A stretch of DNA of 38,809 nucleotides from Chitinophaga sp. (GCF_036566945.1 NZ_DATCVJ010000399.1:1-38809), one strand, 5' to 3'; shown: positions 9,822-18,790, counted from the stretch's first letter. Made by a program: numbers and translations. The notes: generated by a model not told the origin, from the letters alone.

Positions 9822-12800
9822 TTAAAAGGAGAGGTTGGCGCCCAGTGAATAAATTCTTGGAACGGGATAACTGGAATAATCGATACCCGGTACCAATGCG
9901 CCACTACCGCCTTTACCCATGTAGTTGGTGACTTCCGGATTACCACTGTAGTTGGTAAACAGGATCGCATTTTGTACACTCAGGTATATCCTGGCACTTT
10001 GCACAAATCCGAATTTAGGAAGCGAATAACCCAGTGTAATATTTTTCACCCATGCATAGTTGTTTTTCTCTACAGTGAGTGAACTTACGTCTCTGTACAT
10101 CACCCTGCCACGGCCGGAACCATTGGTGGTAGGCACTTTTCCGTTGCCAGGATTAGACTCTGATCTCCACCTGTCAGCCACATCTTTTCTTACGTTGAAA
10201 ACACCATCTATATTACCATTGTAATCGTTGGTGGCATGTAAACGATCAGCTCCCATGGAACCTACCACCAATACACGCAGATCAAATTTTTTGTAGTTCA
10301 GAATATTGGTTAAGCCCCAGTTGAAGTCCGGATAAGGATTACCAATGATGGCAAAGTCTTCACGCGGATTAATCACGCCATTGCCATTAATATCCTTGAA
10401 ACGGATATTGCCTGGAATCGCACCCGGGAAAGCCGGTCCTTTATCTACTTCTGCCTGGTTCTGATAAATACCGTCAAATACATATCCGTACAGCATCGCC
10501 AGCGGTTTTCCTACCATGCTTACGTTGGTGGGATTGCCTTCACTGGAGTTGCCGGAGTAGATAGGCGCATTATCTGTTCCTAACTGCAGCACTTTGTTAC
10601 GGTTAAAGGAAATGTTGAAGTTGGTGGTCCAGGTAAATGATTTGGATTCGATGTTGCGGGAAGAAATACCAATTTCCAATCCCTTGTTTTCCATGTCACC
10701 CTTGTTTTGTGTTACGGTGGAGAAGCCACTGGATTGTGGTACTTCCACGTTTAACAACAAGTCCTGGGTATTTCTTTTATAGGCGTCGATGGTCAGATAA
10801 ACGCGGTCTTTCCACAGTCCAACGTCAACGCCTATATTTAATTCCCGCATTTTTTCCCAACCCAATGCAGGGTTGCCCAATGAATTCATGACACGACCAC
10901 CGGCGAGTGAGCCGCCTAATACATAATCACTGGTACCAATGTTACTCATGTAAGAGTAGTTACCAATATTAAAGTTACCGGAGAAACCATAGGAAGCCCT
11001 TAATTTCAGGTCACTGAAAAGACGGGAAGATTTCATGAAGTCCTCCTGTGAAATGCGCCATCCCAGTGCTACAGAAGGGAAAGTACCCCAGCGGTTGTCT
11101 GGTCCGAAACGGGAAGAACCATCGCTTCTTACAGTAGCCGTTACCAGGTATTTGTCTTTGTACGCATAGTTGATTCTCGCCAGGTAAGACAACAAAGCCC
11201 ATTCTGTTTTATCGGTACCGCCAGTGATGGTAGCGGCGCCGTTTAATGTTTTGATATCATCATCGGGGTAGTTGGCGCCATTGAAACCGGCAAATTCTTC
11301 TTTTTGTGATTGTATGCTGTAACCGAGTAATCCGGTGAAAGCGTGACCACTATGTGTATTATACTGATAGGTCAGCGTATTTTCGTTTAGCCAGTTCAGG
11401 TAGTTACCACTGTTGTAGCCACCGACAGGGATGCTGGGCGGCGCGGTATTGGTGCTGCCAATAGTAGAAGGAACAAAATATTCCCCGCTACCTTCCTGGT
11501 AGTCTACGTTAAAAGTAGATTTGAACTTCAGGTTCTTTATAATTTCATATTCTCCATAAGTATTAAAAAGAATACGGGTACTTTTGGATTTGTTGGTAAC
11601 ATCATTCAGGAACATCACCGGATTGGGAAGTCCGAAGGTACCGGGGCTCTGGATATAGGCATTTAAGCTACCATTTGGTTTATAGATGGGTTCAATCGGA
11701 CTGGCGATGCCAAAGTAGCTGCCACGGCCTTCTCCGGAGGTGTTGCCTTTGCGGGTTGTATAGGAAGGGGCTATGTTAAAGCCTACTTTGAACCTGTCTG
11801 AAAGATTCGCATCTACGTTGGCTCTTACAGAAAATCTTTTGTAACCCGAGTTGATAATAACACCATCCTGGTTATAATAACCGGCAGAGATATACGTTCT
11901 GATTTTTTCCGTACCGCCGCTTACATTCAGGTTGATATCCTGCATGGGCGCCACGCGGGTAATGGCATCAAACCAGTTGGTGCCTTCACCGATCAGTTCC
12001 GGGTGACGATATATTTCCGGAATGTCCGCATCCGTAGGTTCGCGGTGTTCGGTAAAGCGGATATTATCTTCTATGGATTCTTTTCTGAACTGGGCAAACT
12101 CTTGGCCGTTCATAAGGTCAGGACGTCCTTTCTGTGGAATCTGTTGCAGGCCGTAGCTGGCGGAGAGCTGCACGGTTGGAATACCGGAGCTGCCCCTTTT
12201 GGTAGTAATGAGTACTACGCCGTTGGCGCCTCTGGAACCATAGATAGCGGTGGCGGATGCATCTTTCAATACCGCCATAGATTCTATATCCTGTGGATTG
12301 ATGGCATTCATCGGATCAGATACCTGGTCGGAAGAAGACGCCAGTGGATAACCATCCACTACATACAGGGGCTGGCTACCGGCACCTACTGCACCAATAC
12401 CACGTACCTGTACCTGCGGACCGCCACCCGGAATACCGTTGGAGGTACTTACCTGAATACCTGCGATCTGCCCGGCCAACGCCTGGTCAGGACCCGCTAC
12501 CGGCATATCTTTCACATTTTTCATAGACACAATACCCACAGATCCCGTTACATCCTTTTTTTGCTGGGTACCATAACCTACTACCACTACCTGGTTCAGC
12601 AATTTATTGCTGGACTCCAGTTGTACACTGATTTTGGTACGACTACCAACATGAATGGTTTTGGTCACATACCCGATAAAACTAAAAACAAGTGAATCTG
12701 TGCTGCCGGCGGAAATAGTATATCTGCCATTGGCATCACTAAATGCGCCCTGGCTACTTCCCTTTACACCAATGGTAACGCTGGGAAGGGCAGAGCCGGC

Positions 12801-12938
12801 AGCGGCATCAGTTATTTGCCCGGTAATCGTAGTTTTTTGTGCATAGGCAATTGAGCAAATAAAGAGGAGTAATAAGGTGACTCCATAACGTGCAAGACAG
12901 GCATATCCTCTACGACAAAGGACGTAAACTTTAATCAT
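9822..12938 (-). CDS. susC: SusC/RagA TonB-dependent transporter
   Basis: VVVVGYG, PLYVVDG, LKDASATAIYGSRGANGVVLITTKRG, RSDGSSRFG, C-terminal F. Start placed at ATG 12938 before the signal peptide (..AYA/Q). Confidence 0.95.
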   Translation of the reverse strand: MIKVYVLCRRGYACLARYGVTLLLLFICSIAYAQKTTITGQITDAAAGSALPSVTIGVKGSSQGAFSDANGRYTISAGSTDSLVFSFIGYVTKTIHVGSRTKISVQLESSNKLLNQVVVVGYGTQQKKDVTGSVGIVSMKNVKDMPVAGPDQALAGQIAGIQVSTSNGIPGGGPQVQVRGIGAVGAGSQPLYVVDGYPLASSSDQVSDPMNAINPQDIESMAVLKDASATAIYGSRGANGVVLITTKRGSSGIPTVQLSASYGLQQIPQKGRPDLMNGQEFAQFRKESIEDNIRFTEHREPTDADIPEIYRHPELIGEGTNWFDAITRVAPMQDINLNVSGGTEKIRTYISAGYYNQDGVIINSGYKRFSVRANVDANLSDRFKVGFNIAPSYTTRKGNTSGEGRGSYFGIASPIEPIYKPNGSLNAYIQSPGTFGLPNPVMFLNDVTNKSKSTRILFNTYGEYEIIKNLKFKSTFNVDYQEGSGEYFVPSTIGSTNTAPPSIPVGGYNSGNYLNWLNENTLTYQYNTHSGHAFTGLLGYSIQSQKEEFAGFNGANYPDDDIKTLNGAATITGGTDKTEWALLSYLARINYAYKDKYLVTATVRSDGSSRFGPDNRWGTFPSVALGWRISQEDFMKSSRLFSDLKLRASYGFSGNFNIGNYSYMSNIGTSDYVLGGSLAGGRVMNSLGNPALGWEKMRELNIGVDVGLWKDRVYLTIDAYKRNTQDLLLNVEVPQSSGFSTVTQNKGDMENKGLEIGISSRNIESKSFTWTTNFNISFNRNKVLQLGTDNAPIYSGNSSEGNPTNVSMVGKPLAMLYGYVFDGIYQNQAEVDKGPAFPGAIPGNIRFKDINGNGVINPREDFAIIGNPYPDFNWGLTNILNYKKFDLRVLVVGSMGADRLHATNDYNGNIDGVFNVRKDVADRWRSESNPGNGKVPTTNGSGRGRVMYRDVSSLTVEKNNYAWVKNITLGYSLPKFGFVQSARIYLSVQNAILFTNYSGNPEVTNYMGKGGSGALVPGIDYSSYPVPRIYSLGANLSF

Positions 12939-13009
12939 AACGAGTGGAATTAGAGTGATGAAACGGCGATTCTTTACGGAAATAAATTTAGGTGAAGAAT
13001 AATACATTC

Positions 13010-13047
13010 CTGTCCTGTTGCGTCCTGTACTGTCCTGCACTGTCCTG
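13010..13047 (-). promoter_or_regulatory. Four 10-bp-phased direct repeats (CAGGACAG on the minus strand), putative operator upstream of susC
   Basis: CTGTCCTG at 13010, 13030 and 13040, with variant GCGTCCTG at 13020. Confidence 0.6.
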
Positions 13048-13179
13048 TTTGAAGGCCGTTGATCCTTGTCTGTATCCTTTGATAATCAGCTATTGCGAAT
13101 GCCAGGAAAAAGATGTTATTTTCCGCTACCTTACCGATGGCATTTCGCCGACGGCTATACGTTATTTAAATTCTGATCC

Positions 13180-13926
13180 ATGAAAATGAAAAAATTAAGC
13201 TGGCCGTTAATGGCTTTGCTCGGCCTGTTGGCCACTTCGGCTTTTGCACAGGATAACACCGATGCAGCAGCTAAGAAAAAGCAACAAGAGGAACTGATGA
13301 AACAGGACTGGGCCTGCCTGAAATGTTTCCAGGACGATAATGCGAAAGTAGAAGCCCCTAAAGCCGGCGAAAAACGCGTGGTATTTATGGGGAACTCTAT
13401 TACTATAGGCTGGAGCCACCTGAACCCAGAGTTCTTTGCCGGTAAACCTTATATCAACAGAGGTATTAGCGGACAAACTACCCCGCAGATGCTGATTCGT
13501 TTCCGTCCCGACGTGATTGACCTGCATCCCGCCGTAGTGGTGATCCTGGCCGGTACCAACGATATTGCGTGTAATACCGGTTATACACCTGTTCCCACCA
13601 TTTTCGGCAACATCGTGTCTATGGCGGAACTGGCGAAGGCGAATGGAATCAAAGTAGTACTCTCTTCTGTACTGCCCGTATACGATTACCCTTGGCGTCC
13701 GGGATTGGATCCTGTTACCAAAATTGCAGACCTGAACCAGCGCATTAAAGAATACGCGGCTAAAAACGGCTTCGTATATCTCGACTACTACTCCGCGATG
13801 GTGGATGAGCAAAAAGGCCTGCAGAAGGCACTCTGTACCGATGGCGTACATCCTAACAAGGAAGGTTACCTCGTGATGGGGCCACTGGCAGAAAAAGCAA
13901 TTGCTGCTGCGTTGAAAAAGAAATAA
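13180..13926 (+). CDS. SGNH/GDSL hydrolase (probable carbohydrate acetylesterase), secreted
   Basis: Signal peptide (AFA/Q); blocks GNSIT, NRGISG, GTND, DGVH. Confidence 0.92.
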   Translation: MKMKKLSWPLMALLGLLATSAFAQDNTDAAAKKKQQEELMKQDWACLKCFQDDNAKVEAPKAGEKRVVFMGNSITIGWSHLNPEFFAGKPYINRGISGQTTPQMLIRFRPDVIDLHPAVVVILAGTNDIACNTGYTPVPTIFGNIVSMAELAKANGIKVVLSSVLPVYDYPWRPGLDPVTKIADLNQRIKEYAAKNGFVYLDYYSAMVDEQKGLQKALCTDGVHPNKEGYLVMGPLAEKAIAAALKKK

Positions 13927-14091
13927 GGCGATTTATTATTTTGAAAAAGTCATCCGGGAACAGCCGTTGCCGCCGGTAAATGAGAAGTAGTACAGTACAT
14001 TACATAATTTCACTGCGACAATATGTTATTTTTTTGTTGTAGTGTTTTCTGGTTTGAATATTTTCCCTTAATTTCATTACTCACCAAAGAA

Positions 14092-14151
14092 AAGGAGGTA
14101 TTCATGCTATCTACAGAATATTCATGGACACCTAAGGTTAATTTAGTTTAA
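14092..14151 (+). other. Candidate 15-aa small ORF (14104-14151, MLSTEYSWTPKVNLV) or sRNA carrying a perfect Shine-Dalgarno
   Basis: AAGGAGGT at 14092-14099, ATG 14104, TAA 14149-14151; followed by two hairpins, one a terminator. Confidence 0.3.
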
Positions 14152-14193
14152 CCCAGGCGGCTCCATCAAAGAATCTGTTAACGCTTTGGCGTT

Positions 14194-14226
14194 AAAGGCA
14201 TCCTGGCATAGCCGGGATGCCTTTTT
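14194..14226 (+). terminator. Rho-independent terminator
   Basis: AAAGGCATCCTGGC-ATA-GCCGGGATGCCTTT plus T-tract. Preceded by hairpin TTAACGC-TTTG-GCGTTAA (14178-14195). Confidence 0.8.
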
Positions 14227-14275
14227 CATGGGAGCGGGTATCACGCCGTCTTTTTTCTTGTATAATAATATTTTA

Positions 14276-14283
14276 TATCTTTG
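14276..14283 (+). promoter_or_regulatory. Bacteroidota housekeeping -7 element for the exonuclease gene
   Basis: TATCTTTG matches TAnnTTTG, about 47 nt upstream of ATG 14331. Confidence 0.6.
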
Positions 14284-14330
14284 TAAGACGAATAAAAAAT
14301 TGTTTAACCCAAAAAATCAAACTACAAATC

Positions 14331-14849
14331 ATGGCTTTTATTATGGTGGACGTGGAAAGCGACGGGCCTATACCCGGCGATTTTTCTATGATCTCATTCG
14401 GCGCTGTACTCGTGAACGAACAGCTCAACCAAACTTTTTACGGTCAGCTGAAACCCGTTTCCGATAAGTATATCCCGGAAGCATTGGCGGTATCGGGTCA
14501 TACCCGTGAAGAAACATTGACCTTTGAAGATCCCGCAACGGTGATGTTGAATTTTAAGAAATGGATAGCAACGGTTTCTAAAGACCGACCCATTTTTATC
14601 AGCGACAACAACGGTTTCGACTGGATGTTTATATGCTGGTACTTTCATCATTTTCTTGGCGAAAATCCTTTTGGCTTCAGCTCTCAGAACCTCGGCAGCT
14701 TATACAAAGGGATGATGAAAGATACGTTTACAACGTTCAAGCACCTACGAAAAACAAAGCATACCCATCATCCGGTCGATGATGCGAAAGGTAATGCAGA
14801 AGCACTGCTGACAATGAAAAGGGAATTAGGACTCAAGGTGAAATTGTAG
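14331..14849 (+). CDS. DEDDh 3'-5' exoribonuclease (Rv2179c / RNase AS-like)
   Basis: MVDVESDGP, DNNGFDW, HHPVDDA motifs. Start at ATG 14331; the track's extension overlaps the terminator and promoter. Confidence 0.85.
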   Translation: MAFIMVDVESDGPIPGDFSMISFGAVLVNEQLNQTFYGQLKPVSDKYIPEALAVSGHTREETLTFEDPATVMLNFKKWIATVSKDRPIFISDNNGFDWMFICWYFHHFLGENPFGFSSQNLGSLYKGMMKDTFTTFKHLRKTKHTHHPVDDAKGNAEALLTMKRELGLKVKL

Positions 14850-14850
14850 A

Positions 14851-14879
14851 GACAAGCAGCGGTATCGACGCTGCTTGTC
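14851..14879. terminator. Hairpin between convergent genes (probable bidirectional terminator)
   Basis: GACAAGCAGCG-N7-CGCTGCTTGTC, a perfect 11-bp stem with weak U tails. Confidence 0.6.
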
Positions 14880-14887
14880 CTTCATCG

Positions 14888-17242
14888 TTATCGCAAACTT
14901 TTTACAGGGTTCACCAAACCGGCTTTTATGGCCTGATAAGCAACGGTGATACCGGCTATGACCACAGATACGCCGATTGCAATCAGGAAAGTACCGCCAC
15001 CAATACTGGTTTGGTAAGCAAAATTATCCAGCCATTTATGCATCACGAACCAGGCCACAGGAGCCGCTATGCAGAAGGAGATAATGATGAGTACAATAAA
15101 TTCTTTTGCAAAAAGTCCTACAATATTCAATAGCGAAGCCCCCAGTACTTTGCGGATGCCTACTTCTTTCGTGCGTTGCACAGCGGCAAATGCCACCAGA
15201 CCGTATAATCCCAGGCACCCAATCAATATAGCGAGTGAGGAAAAGAGTTTAAAAGCGGTATAGAGCTTTTGCTCCTGTTTATATAAATTGGCAATATGGT
15301 CGTCCAGAAATTCGTATTCAAACTGATCCTCCGTAAACAGCGCAGACCAGGATTTGTCAATGCCAGCAAGGGTATTGCGCATATTGCCCGGCTGTATCCT
15401 TACGCATGCCGACCAAAAACGACCGGAGTTGTATTCCAATACGCAGGGTCTTCTTTTTTTATAACGTGACTCACTCTGAAAGTCCTGTACTACACCGGCA
15501 ATCAACGCTGGCCGGCCATTAACCTGGAAACGTACGCCAATAGCTTTTTCCGGTATTTGCATACCCAGTTTGTGCAGCAGCGTTTCATTGACCAGTACCC
15601 GGCGTATGGTATCTGCGTCTGTAAGCTTACGGAGATTTTCACCGGCCAGCAGCCGGATGGAGAACATGCCCAGGTATTGCTCATCAATGGCTTTCATTTC
15701 CGTTACATCATCCTTGGTAATACCGGCATCAGGATAGCTGAAAGGCGCGTAATTACTGCCACCTACGGGAGGTCCGGATGCAAACGACAGCTGCTTCACA
15801 CCGGGATTGGATAGTAATTGTTCCTGTAGAATATCGCGTTTATTTTTGTCAGGTACCCCAAAGGAAACAACGGCATCTTTGCTGAAACCCAGGTCCTGGT
15901 TCTGCAGAAAATCCATCTGGTAACCTACAATGAGGGTGCCGGCAATCAGCAGTTGTGAAATGCCGAACTGGGTAGACACTAATATCTTACGTAATCCTAA
16001 TCCTTTGATAGTGATGCCGGTAGTGCTTTTCAGCGAGGTAACCGGTTCAAAGGCCGATTGCACAAAAGCAGGATAGAGGCCCGCCAAAAGTATAACCGTT
16101 ACCGTTATGCCGCCCAGCACCAGTATAACAACCGGTTGTGATAGTTGCGCCGCGCTCAGGGCAATGCCCATCCAGGCCGCCACCAGCGGCAGGAAAACGG
16201 CTGCCGCAATGGTTCCCAACACCACTGCAATTAATACCAGCAGCGCGGTTTCAGCGAGAAATTGCCGGATCAGCTGCCCACGGTAAGCCCCCAGGACTTT
16301 ACGTACACCCACTTCTTTTGCACGACGTATAGCCTGTGCCGTAGCCATATTAATAAAGTTGATACAGGCGGTGATGATAATGAATAAGGCCACCATGCCC
16401 AGTCCCCAGTAGGTTTCTTTACTCACGGTAGGACTGGCAGGATTTTCCTGGTAACGCTGGTCAAAATGAATTTCTTTTAAGGGCTGTATCAACAGCGATG
16501 TTTCGGCAGATATATTTGCGCCCCAGTTTTTGGTAACAAAGCCCGGCATGCGGCGTTCCAGCTGCCGCACATCGTAGTTTTCCGGTAATACAATATAAGC
16601 CGTACCGCCATTGATCGAGTAAATACCCGTATGTGCCAGCGCCTCGGCTTTAATGGTTTCGTAGGAAACCAGGAATACAAACGGCTGACTGTTATTGATG
16701 GGAGGATCTTTTACCACACCGGTTACTTTCAGGTTATACTGATTCTCCAGGTTGATGACCTGTCCCATAGGATCTTTATCGCCAAAGTATTTGCGGGCAA
16801 TAGTTTGGGTCAGCACTACTTCATTGGGTTCCGATAAGGCGGTGCGGGGATCTCCGGCCAGCCACGTATAATCGAAGATCTGGAGGAAGGCGGCATCCGC
16901 AAAAGCGTAGCCTTTCTCGTTGTACCGTGCCTCACCGGTTTTTACCAATCCATTTCCCTGGTACCAATACTGCGATACCTGCTCCAGTTCCGGGAAATCA
17001 TTGCGCAAAGCCGGTACCACCAGCAACGATACGCTGGAATTATAGTCCAGCCCATGCATGGTTACCCGGTACGTACGATCGGCTTTTTTGAAAGGGCTAT
17101 CGTAGCTCAACTCATTCCGCACAATTAAAAATATAATCAGGCAGGCGGCAATACTTAAGGTTAATCCGAATACATTCAGAAAAGTATAGCTGATATTCCG
17201 CCGGATGGTTCTTAAGGCTGTTTTTAAATAACTACTGAACAT
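14888..17242 (-). CDS. MacB/FtsX-type ABC transporter permease (duplicated MacB_PCD-FtsX)
   Basis: ACINFINM..RAKEVGVRKVLGA and CLGLYGL..RTKEVGIRKVLGA; C-terminal NPVKSLR. Start MFSSYLKTA (17242; 17251 also possible). Confidence 0.92.
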   Translation of the reverse strand: MFSSYLKTALRTIRRNISYTFLNVFGLTLSIAACLIIFLIVRNELSYDSPFKKADRTYRVTMHGLDYNSSVSLLVVPALRNDFPELEQVSQYWYQGNGLVKTGEARYNEKGYAFADAAFLQIFDYTWLAGDPRTALSEPNEVVLTQTIARKYFGDKDPMGQVINLENQYNLKVTGVVKDPPINNSQPFVFLVSYETIKAEALAHTGIYSINGGTAYIVLPENYDVRQLERRMPGFVTKNWGANISAETSLLIQPLKEIHFDQRYQENPASPTVSKETYWGLGMVALFIIITACINFINMATAQAIRRAKEVGVRKVLGAYRGQLIRQFLAETALLVLIAVVLGTIAAAVFLPLVAAWMGIALSAAQLSQPVVILVLGGITVTVILLAGLYPAFVQSAFEPVTSLKSTTGITIKGLGLRKILVSTQFGISQLLIAGTLIVGYQMDFLQNQDLGFSKDAVVSFGVPDKNKRDILQEQLLSNPGVKQLSFASGPPVGGSNYAPFSYPDAGITKDDVTEMKAIDEQYLGMFSIRLLAGENLRKLTDADTIRRVLVNETLLHKLGMQIPEKAIGVRFQVNGRPALIAGVVQDFQSESRYKKRRPCVLEYNSGRFWSACVRIQPGNMRNTLAGIDKSWSALFTEDQFEYEFLDDHIANLYKQEQKLYTAFKLFSSLAILIGCLGLYGLVAFAAVQRTKEVGIRKVLGASLLNIVGLFAKEFIVLIIISFCIAAPVAWFVMHKWLDNFAYQTSIGGGTFLIAIGVSVVIAGITVAYQAIKAGLVNPVKSLR

Positions 17243-17274
17243 GGAATGCATTTTATGGGCCGGTACAGGAAGGC

Positions 17275-17289
17275 GCTAACAAAATGCCA
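17275..17289 (-). promoter_or_regulatory. Sigma54-type -24/-12 promoter of the permease
   Basis: Minus strand TGGCATTTTGTTAGC fits GG-N10-GC, about 32 nt upstream of ATG 17242. Confidence 0.6.
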
Positions 17290-17294
17290 TTTCT

Positions 17295-17307
17295 TAAGGT
17301 GTTGATT
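17295..17307 (-). promoter_or_regulatory. IHF-like binding site
   Basis: Minus strand AATCAACACCTTA is an exact WATCAA-N4-TTR match, lying between the promoter and the UAS. Confidence 0.45.
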
Positions 17308-17341
17308 TTCAGTAGATAGGAAAGGGGGGCGTGAAGTTAAA

Positions 17342-17382
17342 TGTCCGTTTTTGAAACCGGGTGTTCAATACTGAACACCCGG
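17342..17382. promoter_or_regulatory. Putative bEBP upstream activator sites / hairpin after the VF530 gene
   Basis: TGT-N10-ACA (TGTTCAATACTGAACA, 17362-17377) inside perfect IR CCGGGTGTTCA-N4-TGAACACCCGG; degenerate copy TGTCCGTTTTTGAAAC 20 bp away. Confidence 0.5.
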
Positions 17383-17391
17383 CACTACATA

Positions 17392-17628
17392 TCATTTGAG
17401 TTTATTCTTTCTCAGGGAGTATTTATAAAAGTCTTCCACTTTTTTCCGCGCCCATGGCGTTTTCCGCAGGAACTTTAAACTGCTTTGTACAGATGGATTG
17501 CTGGTAAAACAGTTAATTCTGATTTCTTCTCCCAGCACTTCCCAGCCATAACTTTCGTAGAGATGTGTCACTATTTTCTCCAGTGTAAGCCCGTGCAGCG
17601 GATCATTGGATTTTTCTGGTGTTTGCAT
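17392..17628 (-). CDS. VF530 / DUF2132 family small DNA-binding protein
   Basis: [39 protein letters not shown] signature. Confidence 0.9.
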   Translation of the reverse strand: MQTPEKSNDPLHGLTLEKIVTHLYESYGWEVLGEEIRINCFTSNPSVQSSLKFLRKTPWARKKVEDFYKYSLRKNKLK

Positions 17629-17676
17629 TTTTTTCCGTTTAATGCCCTAAAGGTACAGAACCTGGATCGAAATACA

Positions 17677-18708
17677 CTAGAGGGAAGCCCGCATGGTCAC
17701 ATAAAACGGTACTTCTATCTGCGCCCTGGAATGATCCAGGATCAGCTGTGCAGCCATTTCCCCCATACATTTAAAGTCGGTGGAAATGGTGGTAATGCCT
17801 TTCAGGATGAATTTTTTCAGCGGGGTTTCGTTATAGGAAATCACGCCTACATCTTTCCCTATCTGTAAATTCAGAGATATAATCCGCTCTATCAGCAATA
17901 CCAGGTCATTTTCCCGAAGGTTAATGTATACATCTCCCGGCTGTATATCTTCTTCTTCAATCTCATTTACTTTCTTACTGTTGAAAGCATAGTTCTGGCA
18001 AAACTGCACGAAGCCTTCATATATTTCTTCCGGGTAGTAAGTGTTTTCCGGGTAAATGATTTTCAGGGTATGATACTGCTGTAGCTTATTCCTGGCTTGT
18101 TCCAGCGCACCATAAATATCTTCCTGAAAATTTTCATACACCGCACCATACTCGCCGGTTACCCCTTTCAGCTTTTTGTCCAGCAAAATTAATTTCTCTT
18201 TGGGAATAGTATTGATCACTTCATCTACATGTTCCCATCGCTCCCGGAAATGTGGCAGGATCACGATATGCGTGTATTCATTGATATTCTGCGACAATAA
18301 TTTTTTGAACAAACTAAAATCACTGTTATAAATATAAAAGTCGATGTTCGCCTGTTCCCCTAGTTTGTCGGCAAAGGAATCATAGATAATTTTTTTATGT
18401 TCACTCAATTTGTTGAACAGGAGTAGTATCTTATACTGCTGATCAAAATTGGTATGTTGTACATAGTAACCTTTGCCCGGAACAGACCCCAGAATTCCCA
18501 GGCCTTTCAGGTATTTATAAGCTTTTTCTGCGGTGTCTCTCGATATCTCAAATGCATAGCTGACCTCATTGATAGAAGGTAAGATATCGTCCTGTTGTAC
18601 TTTCTTGTCTACTATCGCTTTGATAATAGAGTTGGCCAGCTGAAAATATTTTGGCGTGGCGGAGAAATCATCGATGAACAGGTATTTGAAAATCGGATGT
18701 TGTTTCAT
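17677..18708 (-). CDS. GntR-family regulator (wHTH + periplasmic-binding-protein-like effector domain); probable rhamnose-locus regulator
   Basis: PKY.QL, LPSINE, ISRDTAEKAY..L, VPGKGYYV; C-terminal DVGVISYNETP..ITTISTDF. Divergent from rhaT. Confidence 0.9.
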   Translation of the reverse strand: MKQHPIFKYLFIDDFSATPKYFQLANSIIKAIVDKKVQQDDILPSINEVSYAFEISRDTAEKAYKYLKGLGILGSVPGKGYYVQHTNFDQQYKILLLFNKLSEHKKIIYDSFADKLGEQANIDFYIYNSDFSLFKKLLSQNINEYTHIVILPHFRERWEHVDEVINTIPKEKLILLDKKLKGVTGEYGAVYENFQEDIYGALEQARNKLQQYHTLKIIYPENTYYPEEIYEGFVQFCQNYAFNSKKVNEIEEEDIQPGDVYINLRENDLVLLIERIISLNLQIGKDVGVISYNETPLKKFILKGITTISTDFKCMGEMAAQLILDHSRAQIEVPFYVTMRASL

Positions 18709-18790
18709 GGCTCAGTTGATATTAGTCACGTGGAATTAGCTGTCAGCAACTTTTCCCGACAATGATAGTAATTTAATTCTACAATTGCTG

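Noticed and set aside
12003-12695. 230-aa + strand ORF
   Set aside because: Antisense shadow of the conserved susC plug region with no recognisable motifs.
13207-13851. 214-aa - strand ORF
   Set aside because: Antisense shadow of the SGNH esterase. The same applies to the many 60-160 aa ORFs nested in well-supported genes.
13991-14005. TACAG-TACAT-TACAT 5-bp repeat
   Set aside because: Short and low-complexity, with only weak resemblance to the CAGGACAG motif.
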